Assembly (NCBI RefSeq): GCF_001644705.1
Contig: NZ_CP015137.1
Location: 60,001-92,000, forward strand
DNA: 32,000 nt
Source: Dickeya solani IPO 2222
GTDB taxonomy: Bacteria > Pseudomonadota > Gammaproteobacteria > Enterobacterales > Enterobacteriaceae
Direction of reading: 5' to 3'
The number at the start of each line of letters is the position of its first letter. Position 1 is the stretch's first letter. Under the pieces are notes generated by a model. It was not told the DNA's origin. It saw only the letters and a program-made list of their open reading frames with translations, and ran no database searches. This document shows positions 23,357 through 32,000 of the stretch, piece after piece. The position numbers were made by a program, and so were the translations under genes.

Positions 23357-24355
23357 ATGGCGCATGAGCAAGAGTCATTATTGGGCGAAGCCAACAGTTT
23401 TTTGGAAGTGCTGGAACAGGTGTCGCAACTGGCGCAGCTCAACAAACCGGTGCTGGTCATTGGCGAACGGGGAACCGGTAAAGAACTGATTGCCAGCCGC
23501 CTGCATTACCTGTCCCCCCGCTGGCAAGGACCGTTCATTTCACTCAACTGCGCGGCGCTGAACGAGAATCTGCTGGACTCCGAACTGTTCGGTCATGAAG
23601 CCGGCGCCTTTACCGGCGCGCAAAAGCGACATCTGGGTCGTTTTGAACGCGCCGACGGCGGCACCCTGTTTCTGGACGAACTGGCTACCGCGCCGATGCT
23701 GGTGCAGGAAAAGCTATTGCGGGTGATTGAATACGGCGTGCTGGAGCGCGTGGGCGGCGGGCAGTCGCTACAGGTAGATGTGCGGCTGGTGTGTGCGACC
23801 AACGAAGACCTGCCCGTGCTGGCCGCGCAGGGGAAATTCCGTGCCGACCTGCTGGACCGGCTGGCGTTCGACGTGGTTCACCTGCCGCCGTTGCGTCAAC
23901 GCCAGCAGGACATCATGCTGTTGGCGCAGCATTTCGCGGTACAGATGTGCCGGGAACTGGGGCTGCCGCTGTTTCCCGGCTTTAGTCCGCAGGCGGAGCG
24001 CACGCTGCTGGATTACGCCTGGCCGGGCAACATCCGCGAGCTGAAAAATGTGGTGGAACGCTCGCTGTACCGGCACGGCGACAACCGTGATCCGGTAGAT
24101 CGCATTATCCTTAATCCGTTCAAGCCGCTGGCGGCATTCATGCCAGAGAAAGAAGCCACCGCCAGTGCATCGACGTCGTTCCCGGCGTTGCCGCTGGACC
24201 TGCGCGGCTGGCAGCATGCGCAGGAGCGGCAACTGGTGCAGCAGGCGCTGGCGCAGGCTCGCTTTAACCAGCGCAAGGCGGCCGAACTCTTAGGGGTGAC
24301 CTACCACCAGTTTCGCGGCTTGTTGAAGAAACACGCCATCAATGACAGTGAATGA
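23357..24355 (+). CDS. pspF: psp operon transcriptional activator PspF (sigma-54 bEBP without a receiver domain)
   Basis: 332 aa. LLGEANSFLEVLEQVS.., PVLxIGERGTGKELIASRLHYLSxRWQGPFISLNCAALNENLLDSELFGHEAGAFTGAQKRH (GAFTGA loop present), and a C-terminal HTH AAELLGxTYHQFRxLLKKH. It matches E. coli PspF from memory. Confidence 0.95.
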   Translation: MAHEQESLLGEANSFLEVLEQVSQLAQLNKPVLVIGERGTGKELIASRLHYLSPRWQGPFISLNCAALNENLLDSELFGHEAGAFTGAQKRHLGRFERADGGTLFLDELATAPMLVQEKLLRVIEYGVLERVGGGQSLQVDVRLVCATNEDLPVLAAQGKFRADLLDRLAFDVVHLPPLRQRQQDIMLLAQHFAVQMCRELGLPLFPGFSPQAERTLLDYAWPGNIRELKNVVERSLYRHGDNRDPVDRIILNPFKPLAAFMPEKEATASASTSFPALPLDLRGWQHAQERQLVQQALAQARFNQRKAAELLGVTYHQFRGLLKKHAINDSE

Positions 24356-24467
24356 CATCGAAATGCTCTTTTCTACACACCACCAGCGCAAAACATTTTG
24401 CCAATCCCAACGCCCCTGCTGGCGATGACCGGTTCGCATGGCAGGCATCAGCACAACGCCGCGGCGG

Positions 24468-25658
24468 TCACCACGGCTCAAACGGATCGTCAAACTCCAG
24501 CCAGCTATCCACCCCGTCCAGTAATTCATCATCCGTTAGCAGGCAACTATCCAGCTGCGCGGTGATCCACGCCGGTTCCAGATGCTGACCGATAAACACA
24601 ATCTCCTGACGCATATCGCCAAACGGCTCTTGCCACTTATTCCTGATAGCCGCCCGCGTTTCTTCATCCTGCGGCCAGCGCTCCGGTGGAATCGCCTTCC
24701 AGAACATGCCCGCCAACCCGTAGCGCAGAATGCCCCCGGCCTGATGCCAGGAGCCGGCCTGAAACGGGCGGGTCGCCAGCCAGAAGAACCCTTTTGAGCG
24801 CAGCAGGCGGCCCGGCCCCCATTCATCCTTGCTCAGGAAGTCATGGAAACGCTGCGGATGAAACGGCCGACGCGCCTGATACACAAAGTTGCCGATGCCG
24901 TAATGTTCGGTTTCCGGCGTATGGGTGCCGCGTAACTCCTGCAACCAGCCCGGTGCCATGGCCGCCGTTTGCATATTGAAACGCCCGGTATTAAGCACCT
25001 CGTCCATCGGCACCTGACCGTGCGCGATCGGCAGAATGCGCGCCGACGGATTCAGGGTGTGCAGAATCGCCACCACTTCATCACGCTGGCTCTCGGTCAT
25101 CTCATCGGTTTTGCTCACCAGCAGTACGTCGCAAAACTCAATCTGTTCAATCAGCAGGTCGGTCACGCTGCGGATATCATCCTCGCCGAGGCTTTGCCCC
25201 ACCGACTGCAGGCTTTCCGCCGCCTGATACTGCGACAGGAAACCGGCGCCATCCACCACCGTCACCATGGTATCCAGCCGGGCGAAATCCGACAGGCACT
25301 GCCCCTGCTCGTCTTCAAAGGTGAACGTCTCCGCCACCGGCAACGGTTCGGAAATGCCGCTGGACTCGATCAACAGATAATCGTAACGCCCGGTGCGGGC
25401 CAGTTCGCGCACCGCCACCAGCAAATCTTCCCGCAGGGTGCAGCAAATGCAGCCGTTGCTCATCGACACCAGTTTTTCCTGACGATGATCAAGCGTCACC
25501 TCCTGGCTGACCAAATCGGCATCAATATTCACTTCGCTCATATCATTGACGATCACGGCTACCCGGCGTCCCTGGCGATTATTCAGAATATGATTCAGCA
25601 CCGTGGTCTTGCCGGCGCCAAGAAAACCGGACAGTACCGTGACGGGTAAAGGTTGCAT
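24468..25658 (-). CDS. COG0523-family GTPase (CobW/YeiR/ZigA-like zinc metallochaperone)
   Basis: It has the P-loop GFLGAGKTT, the CxCC metal motif [10 protein letters not shown], and ESSGISEP. At about 396 aa it is of the long ZigA-like class. I trimmed the ORF-track start (25706) to the ATG at 25658 (AGGAG 7 nt upstream). A perfect Zur palindrome lies 78 nt upstream. Confidence 0.85.
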   Translation of the reverse strand: MQPLPVTVLSGFLGAGKTTVLNHILNNRQGRRVAVIVNDMSEVNIDADLVSQEVTLDHRQEKLVSMSNGCICCTLREDLLVAVRELARTGRYDYLLIESSGISEPLPVAETFTFEDEQGQCLSDFARLDTMVTVVDGAGFLSQYQAAESLQSVGQSLGEDDIRSVTDLLIEQIEFCDVLLVSKTDEMTESQRDEVVAILHTLNPSARILPIAHGQVPMDEVLNTGRFNMQTAAMAPGWLQELRGTHTPETEHYGIGNFVYQARRPFHPQRFHDFLSKDEWGPGRLLRSKGFFWLATRPFQAGSWHQAGGILRYGLAGMFWKAIPPERWPQDEETRAAIRNKWQEPFGDMRQEIVFIGQHLEPAWITAQLDSCLLTDDELLDGVDSWLEFDDPFEPW

Positions 25659-25735
25659 ACGCGTGCTCCTGCTCAGAAATGATTGATCTGCGGTTCTAAA
25701 CAGCATGACCGCTACTCGGGCACGTATATTATCAC

Positions 25736-25761
25736 ATTTGTTATGTTATAACATAACAAAT
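25736..25761. promoter_or_regulatory. Zur box (26-bp perfect palindrome containing two overlapping 15-mers)
   Basis: ATTTGTTATGTTATAACATAACAAAT is its own reverse complement. TGTTATGTTATAACA (25739-25753) matches the gamma-proteobacterial Zur core TGTTATANTATAACA at 14 of 15 positions, and its mirror image sits 5 bp away. Confidence 0.8.
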
Positions 25762-25924
25762 GCAGCCTTCACGAAGCCGGCGTCGTTATGGGCGGATACC
25801 GCTCAACTCCTGCTGACAACCCCATCAGTTTGCTGAAAAAACCGGCAGATAAACGTAAGAAATTGGGTGGAATGGCAGAGTGCGGTACACTCTGTATATT
25901 GCCGATTGCCTGAAAAAAAACCGT

Positions 25925-27640
25925 ATGTCCGGAAAACACACTCTCGTACTGGCGCTGGCCTGGCTGGCGCTGCCGGTTCTGGCACAAACGCCGCCCGCCA
26001 CGTCGACGCCGGCGCAAACCATCCGCCACAGCGGTTTTGTCTATTGCGTCAATGACGTGCTCAGCACGTTCAACCCCCAGATGGCCCGCAGCGGGCTGAT
26101 GGTGGATACGCTGGCCGCCCAGCTCTACGATCGCCTGCTGGGCGTCGATCCGTACACCTACCGGTTGATGCCGGAACTGGCTCAGCACTGGGACGTGACC
26201 GACAATGGCTCCACTTACCGGTTTACCCTGCGCCGCGACGTGCCGTTCCAGCGCACCAGCTGGTTTACCCCCAGCCGGATGATGAACGCCGATGATGTGC
26301 TGTTCAGTTTCCAGCGCATGCTGGACAAAAAGCACCCGTTCCACGACGTCAACGGCGGCGACTACCCTTACTTTGATAGTTTGCAGTTGGCGGACAACGT
26401 ACAGAGCATCCGCAAATTGGGCGATTACAGCATCGAGATCCGGCTGCACAGCCCCGATGCCTCGTTCCTGTGGCATCTGGCTACCCACTACGCGCCCATC
26501 CTGTCGGCAGAGTACGCCCAGCAACTGACCCAACAAGATCGGCGCGAACTACTCGACCGTCAGCCGGTGGGCACCGGTCCTTACCGTCTGGATGAATACC
26601 GTTACGGGCAGTACGTGCGGCTAAAACGCAACGATGACTATTGGCGCGGCCAGCCGCGCATGGAACAGGTGGTGGTCGATCTCGGCTCCGGCGGCACCGG
26701 ACGCCTGTCCAAACTGTTGACCGGCGAGTGCGACGTGCTGGCTTACCCGGCCGCCAGTCAGTTGACGATTCTGCGCAACGACCCGCGCCTGCGGCTGTCG
26801 CTGCGACCGGGGATGAACGTCGCTTATCTGGCGTTCAACGTGCGCAAACCGCCGTTGGATGACTCCCGCGTGCGCCACGCCATCGCGCTGGCTATCAACA
26901 ACGACCGCCTGATGCAGTCGATCTACTACGGCACAGCGGAAACCGCCGCCTCGATTCTGCCACGCGCCTCCTGGGCCTACGACAACGAAGCGCAGGTCAC
27001 CGAATACAATCCGGAGAAAGCGCGCCAACAGTTGAAAGCATTGGGGATTGCCAACCTGCAATTGCAACTGTGGGTGCCGAGCGCCTCACAGTCCTACAAC
27101 CCCAGCCCAGTGAAAACCGCCGAACTGATTCAGGCCGATCTGGCGCAGGTGGGGATTCGGGTGACCATCATACCGGTGGAAGGGCGTTTTCAGGAAGCGC
27201 GCCTGATGGAGATGAACCATGACCTGACGCTGGCAGGCTGGGCTACCGACAGCAACGACCCGGACAGCGTGTTTCGGCCGTTGCTGAGCTGCGCCGCCAT
27301 CCGCTCCCAGACCAATTACGCCCACTGGTGCGACCCCCGTTTTGATCAGGTGCTGCAGGACGCGCTCTCTTCCCAGCAGCTATCCCGACGCATGGAGTAC
27401 TATCGGGTGGCGCACCACATTCTGGCCGAGCAGTTGCCGGTGCTGCCGCTGGCCTCGTCGCTGCGGATGCAGGCCTATCGCTACGACATGAAAGGACTGG
27501 TGCTCAGCCCGTTCGGCAACGCCTCCTTCGCCGGCGTCTATCGCGATGACGGCGATAACGAGGAAAAAAATGAGGAAAAACCGGATGGCTCCGCCGTGGA
27601 TCCATCCTCCAGCGCGCCGATCCAGGGAGAACAGCCGTGA
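25925..27640 (+). CDS. sapA: periplasmic substrate-binding protein SapA of the SapABCDF ABC transporter
   Basis: Collinear with E. coli SapA from memory (SGFVYCV, [26 protein letters not shown], [33 protein letters not shown]). I trimmed the ORF-track GTG (25880) to the ATG at 25925, which opens the signal peptide [21 protein letters not shown]. The Shine-Dalgarno is weak, so the start is less certain. Confidence 0.88.
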   Translation: MSGKHTLVLALAWLALPVLAQTPPATSTPAQTIRHSGFVYCVNDVLSTFNPQMARSGLMVDTLAAQLYDRLLGVDPYTYRLMPELAQHWDVTDNGSTYRFTLRRDVPFQRTSWFTPSRMMNADDVLFSFQRMLDKKHPFHDVNGGDYPYFDSLQLADNVQSIRKLGDYSIEIRLHSPDASFLWHLATHYAPILSAEYAQQLTQQDRRELLDRQPVGTGPYRLDEYRYGQYVRLKRNDDYWRGQPRMEQVVVDLGSGGTGRLSKLLTGECDVLAYPAASQLTILRNDPRLRLSLRPGMNVAYLAFNVRKPPLDDSRVRHAIALAINNDRLMQSIYYGTAETAASILPRASWAYDNEAQVTEYNPEKARQQLKALGIANLQLQLWVPSASQSYNPSPVKTAELIQADLAQVGIRVTIIPVEGRFQEARLMEMNHDLTLAGWATDSNDPDSVFRPLLSCAAIRSQTNYAHWCDPRFDQVLQDALSSQQLSRRMEYYRVAHHILAEQLPVLPLASSLRMQAYRYDMKGLVLSPFGNASFAGVYRDDGDNEEKNEEKPDGSAVDPSSSAPIQGEQP

Positions 27641-28602
27641 TTATCTTTACGCTTCGGCGCCTGTTGTTGCTGCTGGTCACGTTATTTCTGCTGTCGCTGA
27701 TCGGTTTCAGCCTGATGTATTACACCCCGCATGCGCCGCTCAATGGCGCGGCGTTGCTCGACGCCTACCGTTTTTATTTCAGCAGCCTGCTACAGGGGGA
27801 TTTTGGCGTCTCGAGCACCAACGGACAGCCGATTAGCGAACAACTGCGCGATGTGCTGCCCGCCACCATCGAACTCTGTCTGCTGGCGTTTTCGCTGTCG
27901 CTGCTGGTGGGCATTCCACTTGGCATCACTACCGGCGTGCTGCAGCACAAAACCGCCGATCGGCTGATCAGCGCGCTGGCGTTGCTGGGCTTTTCGCTGC
28001 CGGTTTTTTGGCTGGCGCTGCTGATGACGTTGTTCTTTTCGCTGCATCTAGGCTGGCTGCCGGTGTCCGGCCGTTTCGACCTGCTCTACCCGGTGCCACA
28101 GGTGACCGGCTTTGCGCTGATCGACGCCTGGCTGTCCGATTCGCCCTACCGGGAAGAGATGATCGCCAGCGCCATACAACACCTGATTCTGCCGGTGCTG
28201 GTGCTGTCGGTCGGCCCCACCACCGAAGTGATCCGACTGATGCGTATCAGCACTACCGATGTCGGCACCCAGAATTACATCAAGGCGGCGGTTATCCGCG
28301 GGTTGCCGCGTTCCACCGTGATTCGCCGCCACCTGCTGCACAACGCGCTGCCGCCGATCATTCCGCAACTGGGCTTGCAATTCTCCACCATGCTGACGCT
28401 GGAGATGATTACCGAAGTGGTCTTTAACTGGCCGGGCATCGGCCGCTGGCTGGTCAACGCCATCCGCCAGCAGGACTTTGCGGCGATCTCCGCCGGGGTG
28501 ATGGTGGTCGGCGCACTGGTGATCACCATCAACGTGCTATCCGATATCTGGGGCGCCATGGCAAACCCGCTGAAACATAAGGAATGGTATGCACTCCGAT
28601 AA
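27637..28602 (+). CDS. sapB: ABC transporter permease SapB
   Basis: 321 aa. MIIFTLRRxLLLxVTLFLL.. and the C-terminus [16 protein letters not shown] are identical in pattern to E. coli SapB from memory. Its GTG start overlaps the sapA stop codon (GTGA). Confidence 0.93.
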   Translation: MIIFTLRRLLLLLVTLFLLSLIGFSLMYYTPHAPLNGAALLDAYRFYFSSLLQGDFGVSSTNGQPISEQLRDVLPATIELCLLAFSLSLLVGIPLGITTGVLQHKTADRLISALALLGFSLPVFWLALLMTLFFSLHLGWLPVSGRFDLLYPVPQVTGFALIDAWLSDSPYREEMIASAIQHLILPVLVLSVGPTTEVIRLMRISTTDVGTQNYIKAAVIRGLPRSTVIRRHLLHNALPPIIPQLGLQFSTMLTLEMITEVVFNWPGIGRWLVNAIRQQDFAAISAGVMVVGALVITINVLSDIWGAMANPLKHKEWYALR

Positions 28603-29479
28603 CATCTACGGCGAGAAAGAACTTCCCAGCCGCTGGCGCGACACCTGGAACGTGTTCCGCCAGGACCGGATGGCGATGGTCGGTTTCTACGGGTTTCTGT
28701 TGCTGCTGGGGCTGTGCCTGTTCGGCGATGCGCTGGCGCCCTACGCGCTGGACCAGCAGTTTCTCGGTTACCAGTTGCTGCCGCCTTCCTGGTCGCGCTA
28801 TGGCGAAGTGTCGTTCTTTCTCGGCACCGACGATCTGGGGCGCGACCTGCTAAGCCGACTGCTGAGCGGCACGGCGCCGACGTTTGGTTCGGCCTTGCTG
28901 GTCACGCTGGCCGCCATGCTGGCCGGCATTCTGGTTGGCCTGCTGGCCGGAGTGACCCGCGGCCTGCGTTCCGCGGTGCTGAACCACATTCTCGACCCGC
29001 TGCTGTCGATTCCTTCGCTGCTGCTGGCGATGGTGGTGATCGCCTTTATCGGCCCGCAGTTGACGCACGCCATGCTGGCGGTGTGGATGGCGCTGCTGCC
29101 GCGCATGGTGCGCACGATTTATGCCGCAGTGCACGACGAACTGGAAAAAGAGTATGTGACCGCCGCCCGGCTGGACGGCGCGTCCACACGCTACATTATC
29201 TGGTATGCGGTGGTGCCTAATATCCTGCCGCTGCTGGTCAGCGAAGTGACCCGCGCGCTGTCCATCGCCATTCTCGATATCGCCGCGCTCGGATTTCTCA
29301 ATCTGGGCGCGCAGTTACCCACCACCGAGTGGGGCGTGCTGCTGGGTAATTCGCTGGAACTGGTCTATGCCGCGCCCTGGACGGTAATGCTGCCCGGCGC
29401 AGCCATCACGCTCAGCGTGCTGATCGTCAACCTGCTGGGGGACGGCATTCGCCGCGCCCTGCTCGCTCAAACCGAATAG
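28589..29479 (+). CDS. sapC: ABC transporter permease SapC
   Basis: 296 aa. [39 protein letters not shown] matches E. coli SapC from memory. It overlaps sapB by 14 nt. Confidence 0.93.
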   Translation: MHSDNIYGEKELPSRWRDTWNVFRQDRMAMVGFYGFLLLLGLCLFGDALAPYALDQQFLGYQLLPPSWSRYGEVSFFLGTDDLGRDLLSRLLSGTAPTFGSALLVTLAAMLAGILVGLLAGVTRGLRSAVLNHILDPLLSIPSLLLAMVVIAFIGPQLTHAMLAVWMALLPRMVRTIYAAVHDELEKEYVTAARLDGASTRYIIWYAVVPNILPLLVSEVTRALSIAILDIAALGFLNLGAQLPTTEWGVLLGNSLELVYAAPWTVMLPGAAITLSVLIVNLLGDGIRRALLAQTE

Positions 29480-29494
29480 TGACGGAACAACACC

Positions 29495-30487
29495 ATGGCA
29501 TTACTGGAAATTCGTAATCTGACCATTGAATTCCTCACGCCGGACGGCCCGGTGAAAGCGGTGGATCGCGTCAGCATCAGCCTCACCGAGGGAGAAATTC
29601 GCGGACTGGTGGGCGAATCCGGCTCCGGCAAAAGCCTGATCGCCAAGGCTATCTGCGGCATCAACAAGGAAAACTGGCGCATCACCGCCGATCGTTTCCG
29701 TTTCGATGACGTGGACATGCTGCAACTGACGCCCCATCAGCGGCGCAAACTGGTGCGGCACAACATGTCGATGATCTTTCAGGAACCGCAGTCCTGCCTG
29801 GATCCTTCCGCCCGCATCGGCCGTCAGCTGATGCAATCGATCCCCGGCTGGACGTATAAAGGTCGCTGGTGGCAACGCCTCAACTGGCGCAAGCGCCGCG
29901 CCATTGAACTGCTGCACCGCGTCGGCATCAAGGATCACAAAGACGTCATGCGCAGCTTCCCCTACGAACTGACCGAAGGGGAATGCCAGAAGGTGATGAT
30001 CGCCATCGCGCTCGCCAATCAGCCCAGGCTGCTGATCGCCGATGAACCGACCAACGCGATGGAGGCTACCACGCAGGCACAGATTTTCCGCCTGCTCGCC
30101 CGGCTCAATCAGAACAACAACACCACCATTCTGCTGATCAGCCACGATTTGCAAACCATGAGCAAATGGGCGGACCGCATCAACGTATTGTACTGCGGCC
30201 AGACGGTGGAAAGCGCGGTCAGCGATGAGTTGATCAGCGCGCCGCATCACCCTTATACCCAGGCGCTGATCCGCGCCATGCCGGACTTCGGCTGCTCACT
30301 GCCGCACAAAAGCCGCCTCAACGCGCTGCCAGGAGCGATCCCGTCGCTGGCACACCTACCGGTGGGTTGCCGGCTGGGGCCGCGTTGCCCCTATTCACAG
30401 AAAGAGTGCATGACGGCGCCGCCGCTCATCCCGGTGAAAACCCACTGGTACGCCTGCCACTTCCCGCTCAACATGGAGGAATCCTGA
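29495..30487 (+). CDS. sapD: ABC transporter ATP-binding protein SapD
   Basis: 330 aa with Walker [23 protein letters not shown] and ELTEGExQKVMIA match E. coli SapD from memory. Confidence 0.93.
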   Translation: MALLEIRNLTIEFLTPDGPVKAVDRVSISLTEGEIRGLVGESGSGKSLIAKAICGINKENWRITADRFRFDDVDMLQLTPHQRRKLVRHNMSMIFQEPQSCLDPSARIGRQLMQSIPGWTYKGRWWQRLNWRKRRAIELLHRVGIKDHKDVMRSFPYELTEGECQKVMIAIALANQPRLLIADEPTNAMEATTQAQIFRLLARLNQNNNTTILLISHDLQTMSKWADRINVLYCGQTVESAVSDELISAPHHPYTQALIRAMPDFGCSLPHKSRLNALPGAIPSLAHLPVGCRLGPRCPYSQKECMTAPPLIPVKTHWYACHFPLNMEES

Positions 30488-31302
30488 TGGTGGAAACCCT
30501 ACTGGAAGCCCGTAACCTCACCAAGACCTTCCGCTACCGTACCGGCTGGTTCCGGCGCCAACACGTCGAAGCGGTGAAATCGGTGAGTTTTACTCTGCGG
30601 GAACGACAAACGCTGGCGATCATCGGTGAAAACGGCTCGGGCAAATCCACGCTGGCCAAGATGCTGACCGGTGTGATCCCGCCCACCTCCGGCGAACTGG
30701 TGATTGACGACCATCCGCTGGCTTACGGCGATTATCACTACCGTAGCCAGCGTATTCGTATGATCTTTCAGGATTCGGCCAACTCGCTCAACCCGCGTCA
30801 GCGCATCGGTCAGTTACTGGAGTTACCGCTGCGGCTCAATACCGACCTGACGCCGCAGGAGCGGGAGAAAGCCATTAACCTGGCGTTGCGCCAGGTCGGC
30901 TTGCGCGCCGATCACGCTACCTATTATCCACACGCGCTGGCGCCCGGTCAGAAACAACGTATCGGGCTGGCGCGGGCGTTGATCCTGCAACCCAAAGTGA
31001 TCGTGGCGGATGAAGTGTTGGCGTCGCTGGATATGTCGGTGCGTTCGCAGATCATCAACCTGATGCTGGAGCTGCAGGAGAAACACGGTATCTCCTATAT
31101 CTATGTCACCCAGCATCTGGGCATGATGAAACACATCAGCGACCAGATTCTGGTGATGCAGGCAGGTGAAGTGGTCGAGCGCGGCAGCACCGCCGATGTG
31201 CTGGCCTCGCCGCTGCACGACCTGACCAAGCGTCTGATCACCAGTCACTTTGGCGAAGCGCTGAGCGCCGACGCCTGGCGTCGCGACAGCAGCCCCGGCT
31301 GA
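30487..31302 (+). CDS. sapF: ABC transporter ATP-binding protein SapF
   Basis: [56 protein letters not shown] matches E. coli SapF from memory. I trimmed the ORF-track start (30367) to the ATG at 30487, which overlaps the sapD stop codon (TGATG). Confidence 0.93.
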   Translation: MVETLLEARNLTKTFRYRTGWFRRQHVEAVKSVSFTLRERQTLAIIGENGSGKSTLAKMLTGVIPPTSGELVIDDHPLAYGDYHYRSQRIRMIFQDSANSLNPRQRIGQLLELPLRLNTDLTPQEREKAINLALRQVGLRADHATYYPHALAPGQKQRIGLARALILQPKVIVADEVLASLDMSVRSQIINLMLELQEKHGISYIYVTQHLGMMKHISDQILVMQAGEVVERGSTADVLASPLHDLTKRLITSHFGEALSADAWRRDSSPG

Positions 31303-31452
31303 CCCGCCGGGCGAAGACAGCAGGATAAGTGGTTGGAGTACCCCTTGGGGCGCCATACATGCTAGAATCGCCCGGTTTATTCACACCGATCATGGTAAAT
31401 AATTATTTTTATTAACGATGATCGCAGCAACAATGATCACAAAGGATACTGC

Positions 31453-32000
31453 CATGGGTTTTCTTAACGGTAAGCGCATTCTGGTAACGGGCGTTGCCAG
31501 CAACCGCTCCATCGCATACGGTATCGCACAGGCTATGCATCGCGAAGGTGCAGAACTGGCGTTCACCTACCAGAACGACAAGCTGAAATCACGTGTGGAA
31601 GAGTTTGCCAAAGAGTTCGATTCGAGCATCGTTTTGCCGTGTGATGTTGCGGAAGATGCCAGCATTGACGCGCTGTTCGCCGAACTGGCGAAAGTCTGGC
31701 CGAAATTCGATGGTTTCGTGCATTCCATCGCTTACGCGCCGGGCGACCAGTTGGACGGCGACTACGTGAACGCGGTCACCCGCGAAGGTTTTGCCATCGC
31801 TCACGACATCAGCGCCTACAGCTTTGTGGCGATGGCGAAAGCCTGTCGCAGCATGCTGAACCCGAACTCCGCGCTGATGACCCTGTCTTACCTGGGTGCC
31901 GAGCGCGCCATCCCGAACTACAACGTAATGGGCCTGGCGAAAGCGTCGCTGGAAGCCAACGTGCGCTACATGGCCAACGCCATGGGCCGCGACGGCGTGC
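31453..32000 (+). CDS. fabI: enoyl-ACP reductase FabI, N-terminal 182 codons (3' end lies outside the window)
   Basis: [52 protein letters not shown]...[33 protein letters not shown] is near-identical to E. coli FabI from memory. It has an AAGGA Shine-Dalgarno. It is absent from the ORF track because there is no stop codon in the window. Confidence 0.93.

Noticed and set aside
31359-31368. An extended -10 promoter (TGCTAGAAT) for fabI.
   Set aside because: It is plausible, but no acceptable -35 lies at 17 bp spacing and nothing else supports it. It is too weak to list as a feature.

Overview
This is a 32-kb chromosomal segment from a high-GC enterobacterium. Gene order and protein sequences look Pectobacteriaceae/Dickeya-like, but that is inference only.

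Conserved backbone, left to right:
- ttcA (3' end only), the FnrS small RNA with its FNR box, and zntB.
- mppA divergent from mpaA, then tpx.
- tyrR.
- ycjF-ycjX-pspC-pspB-pspA divergent from pspF.
- A Zur-boxed COG0523 GTPase divergent from sapABCDF.
- fabI (5' part only).

Compared with the E. coli K-12 order as I remember it, three accessory blocks interrupt this backbone:
1. 5.2-10.7 kb: a DHA2 MFS transporter, an MmyB-like regulator, a membrane-anchored penicillin-acylase-family Ntn hydrolase and a GNAT.
2. 10.7-13.9 kb: decayed ORF fragments followed by an NTF2-like / Old-Yellow-Enzyme / LysR islet.
3. 15.6-18.9 kb: a secreted M20 peptidase and a second MFS transporter, lying between tyrR and ycjF.

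I found no tRNA or rRNA genes, no CRISPR array, no intact IS element and no recognisable defence system, and nothing I can defend as a wholly new system.

The most unusual signals seen directly in the sequence:
- Two genes (mppA and the second MFS) have their last codons plus stop codon tandemly reiterated downstream (3 x 19 bp and 5 x 15 bp). The tpx terminator arm is also duplicated.
- A perfect 26-bp Zur palindrome sits upstream of the COG0523 gene.
- A second, related operator sits at the same distance upstream of the accessory MFS/M20 pair.
- ycjXF directly follows pspABC, with no pspD or pspE.

Many ORF-track entries are antisense shadow ORFs of GC-rich genes. Several real genes needed their N-termini trimmed.
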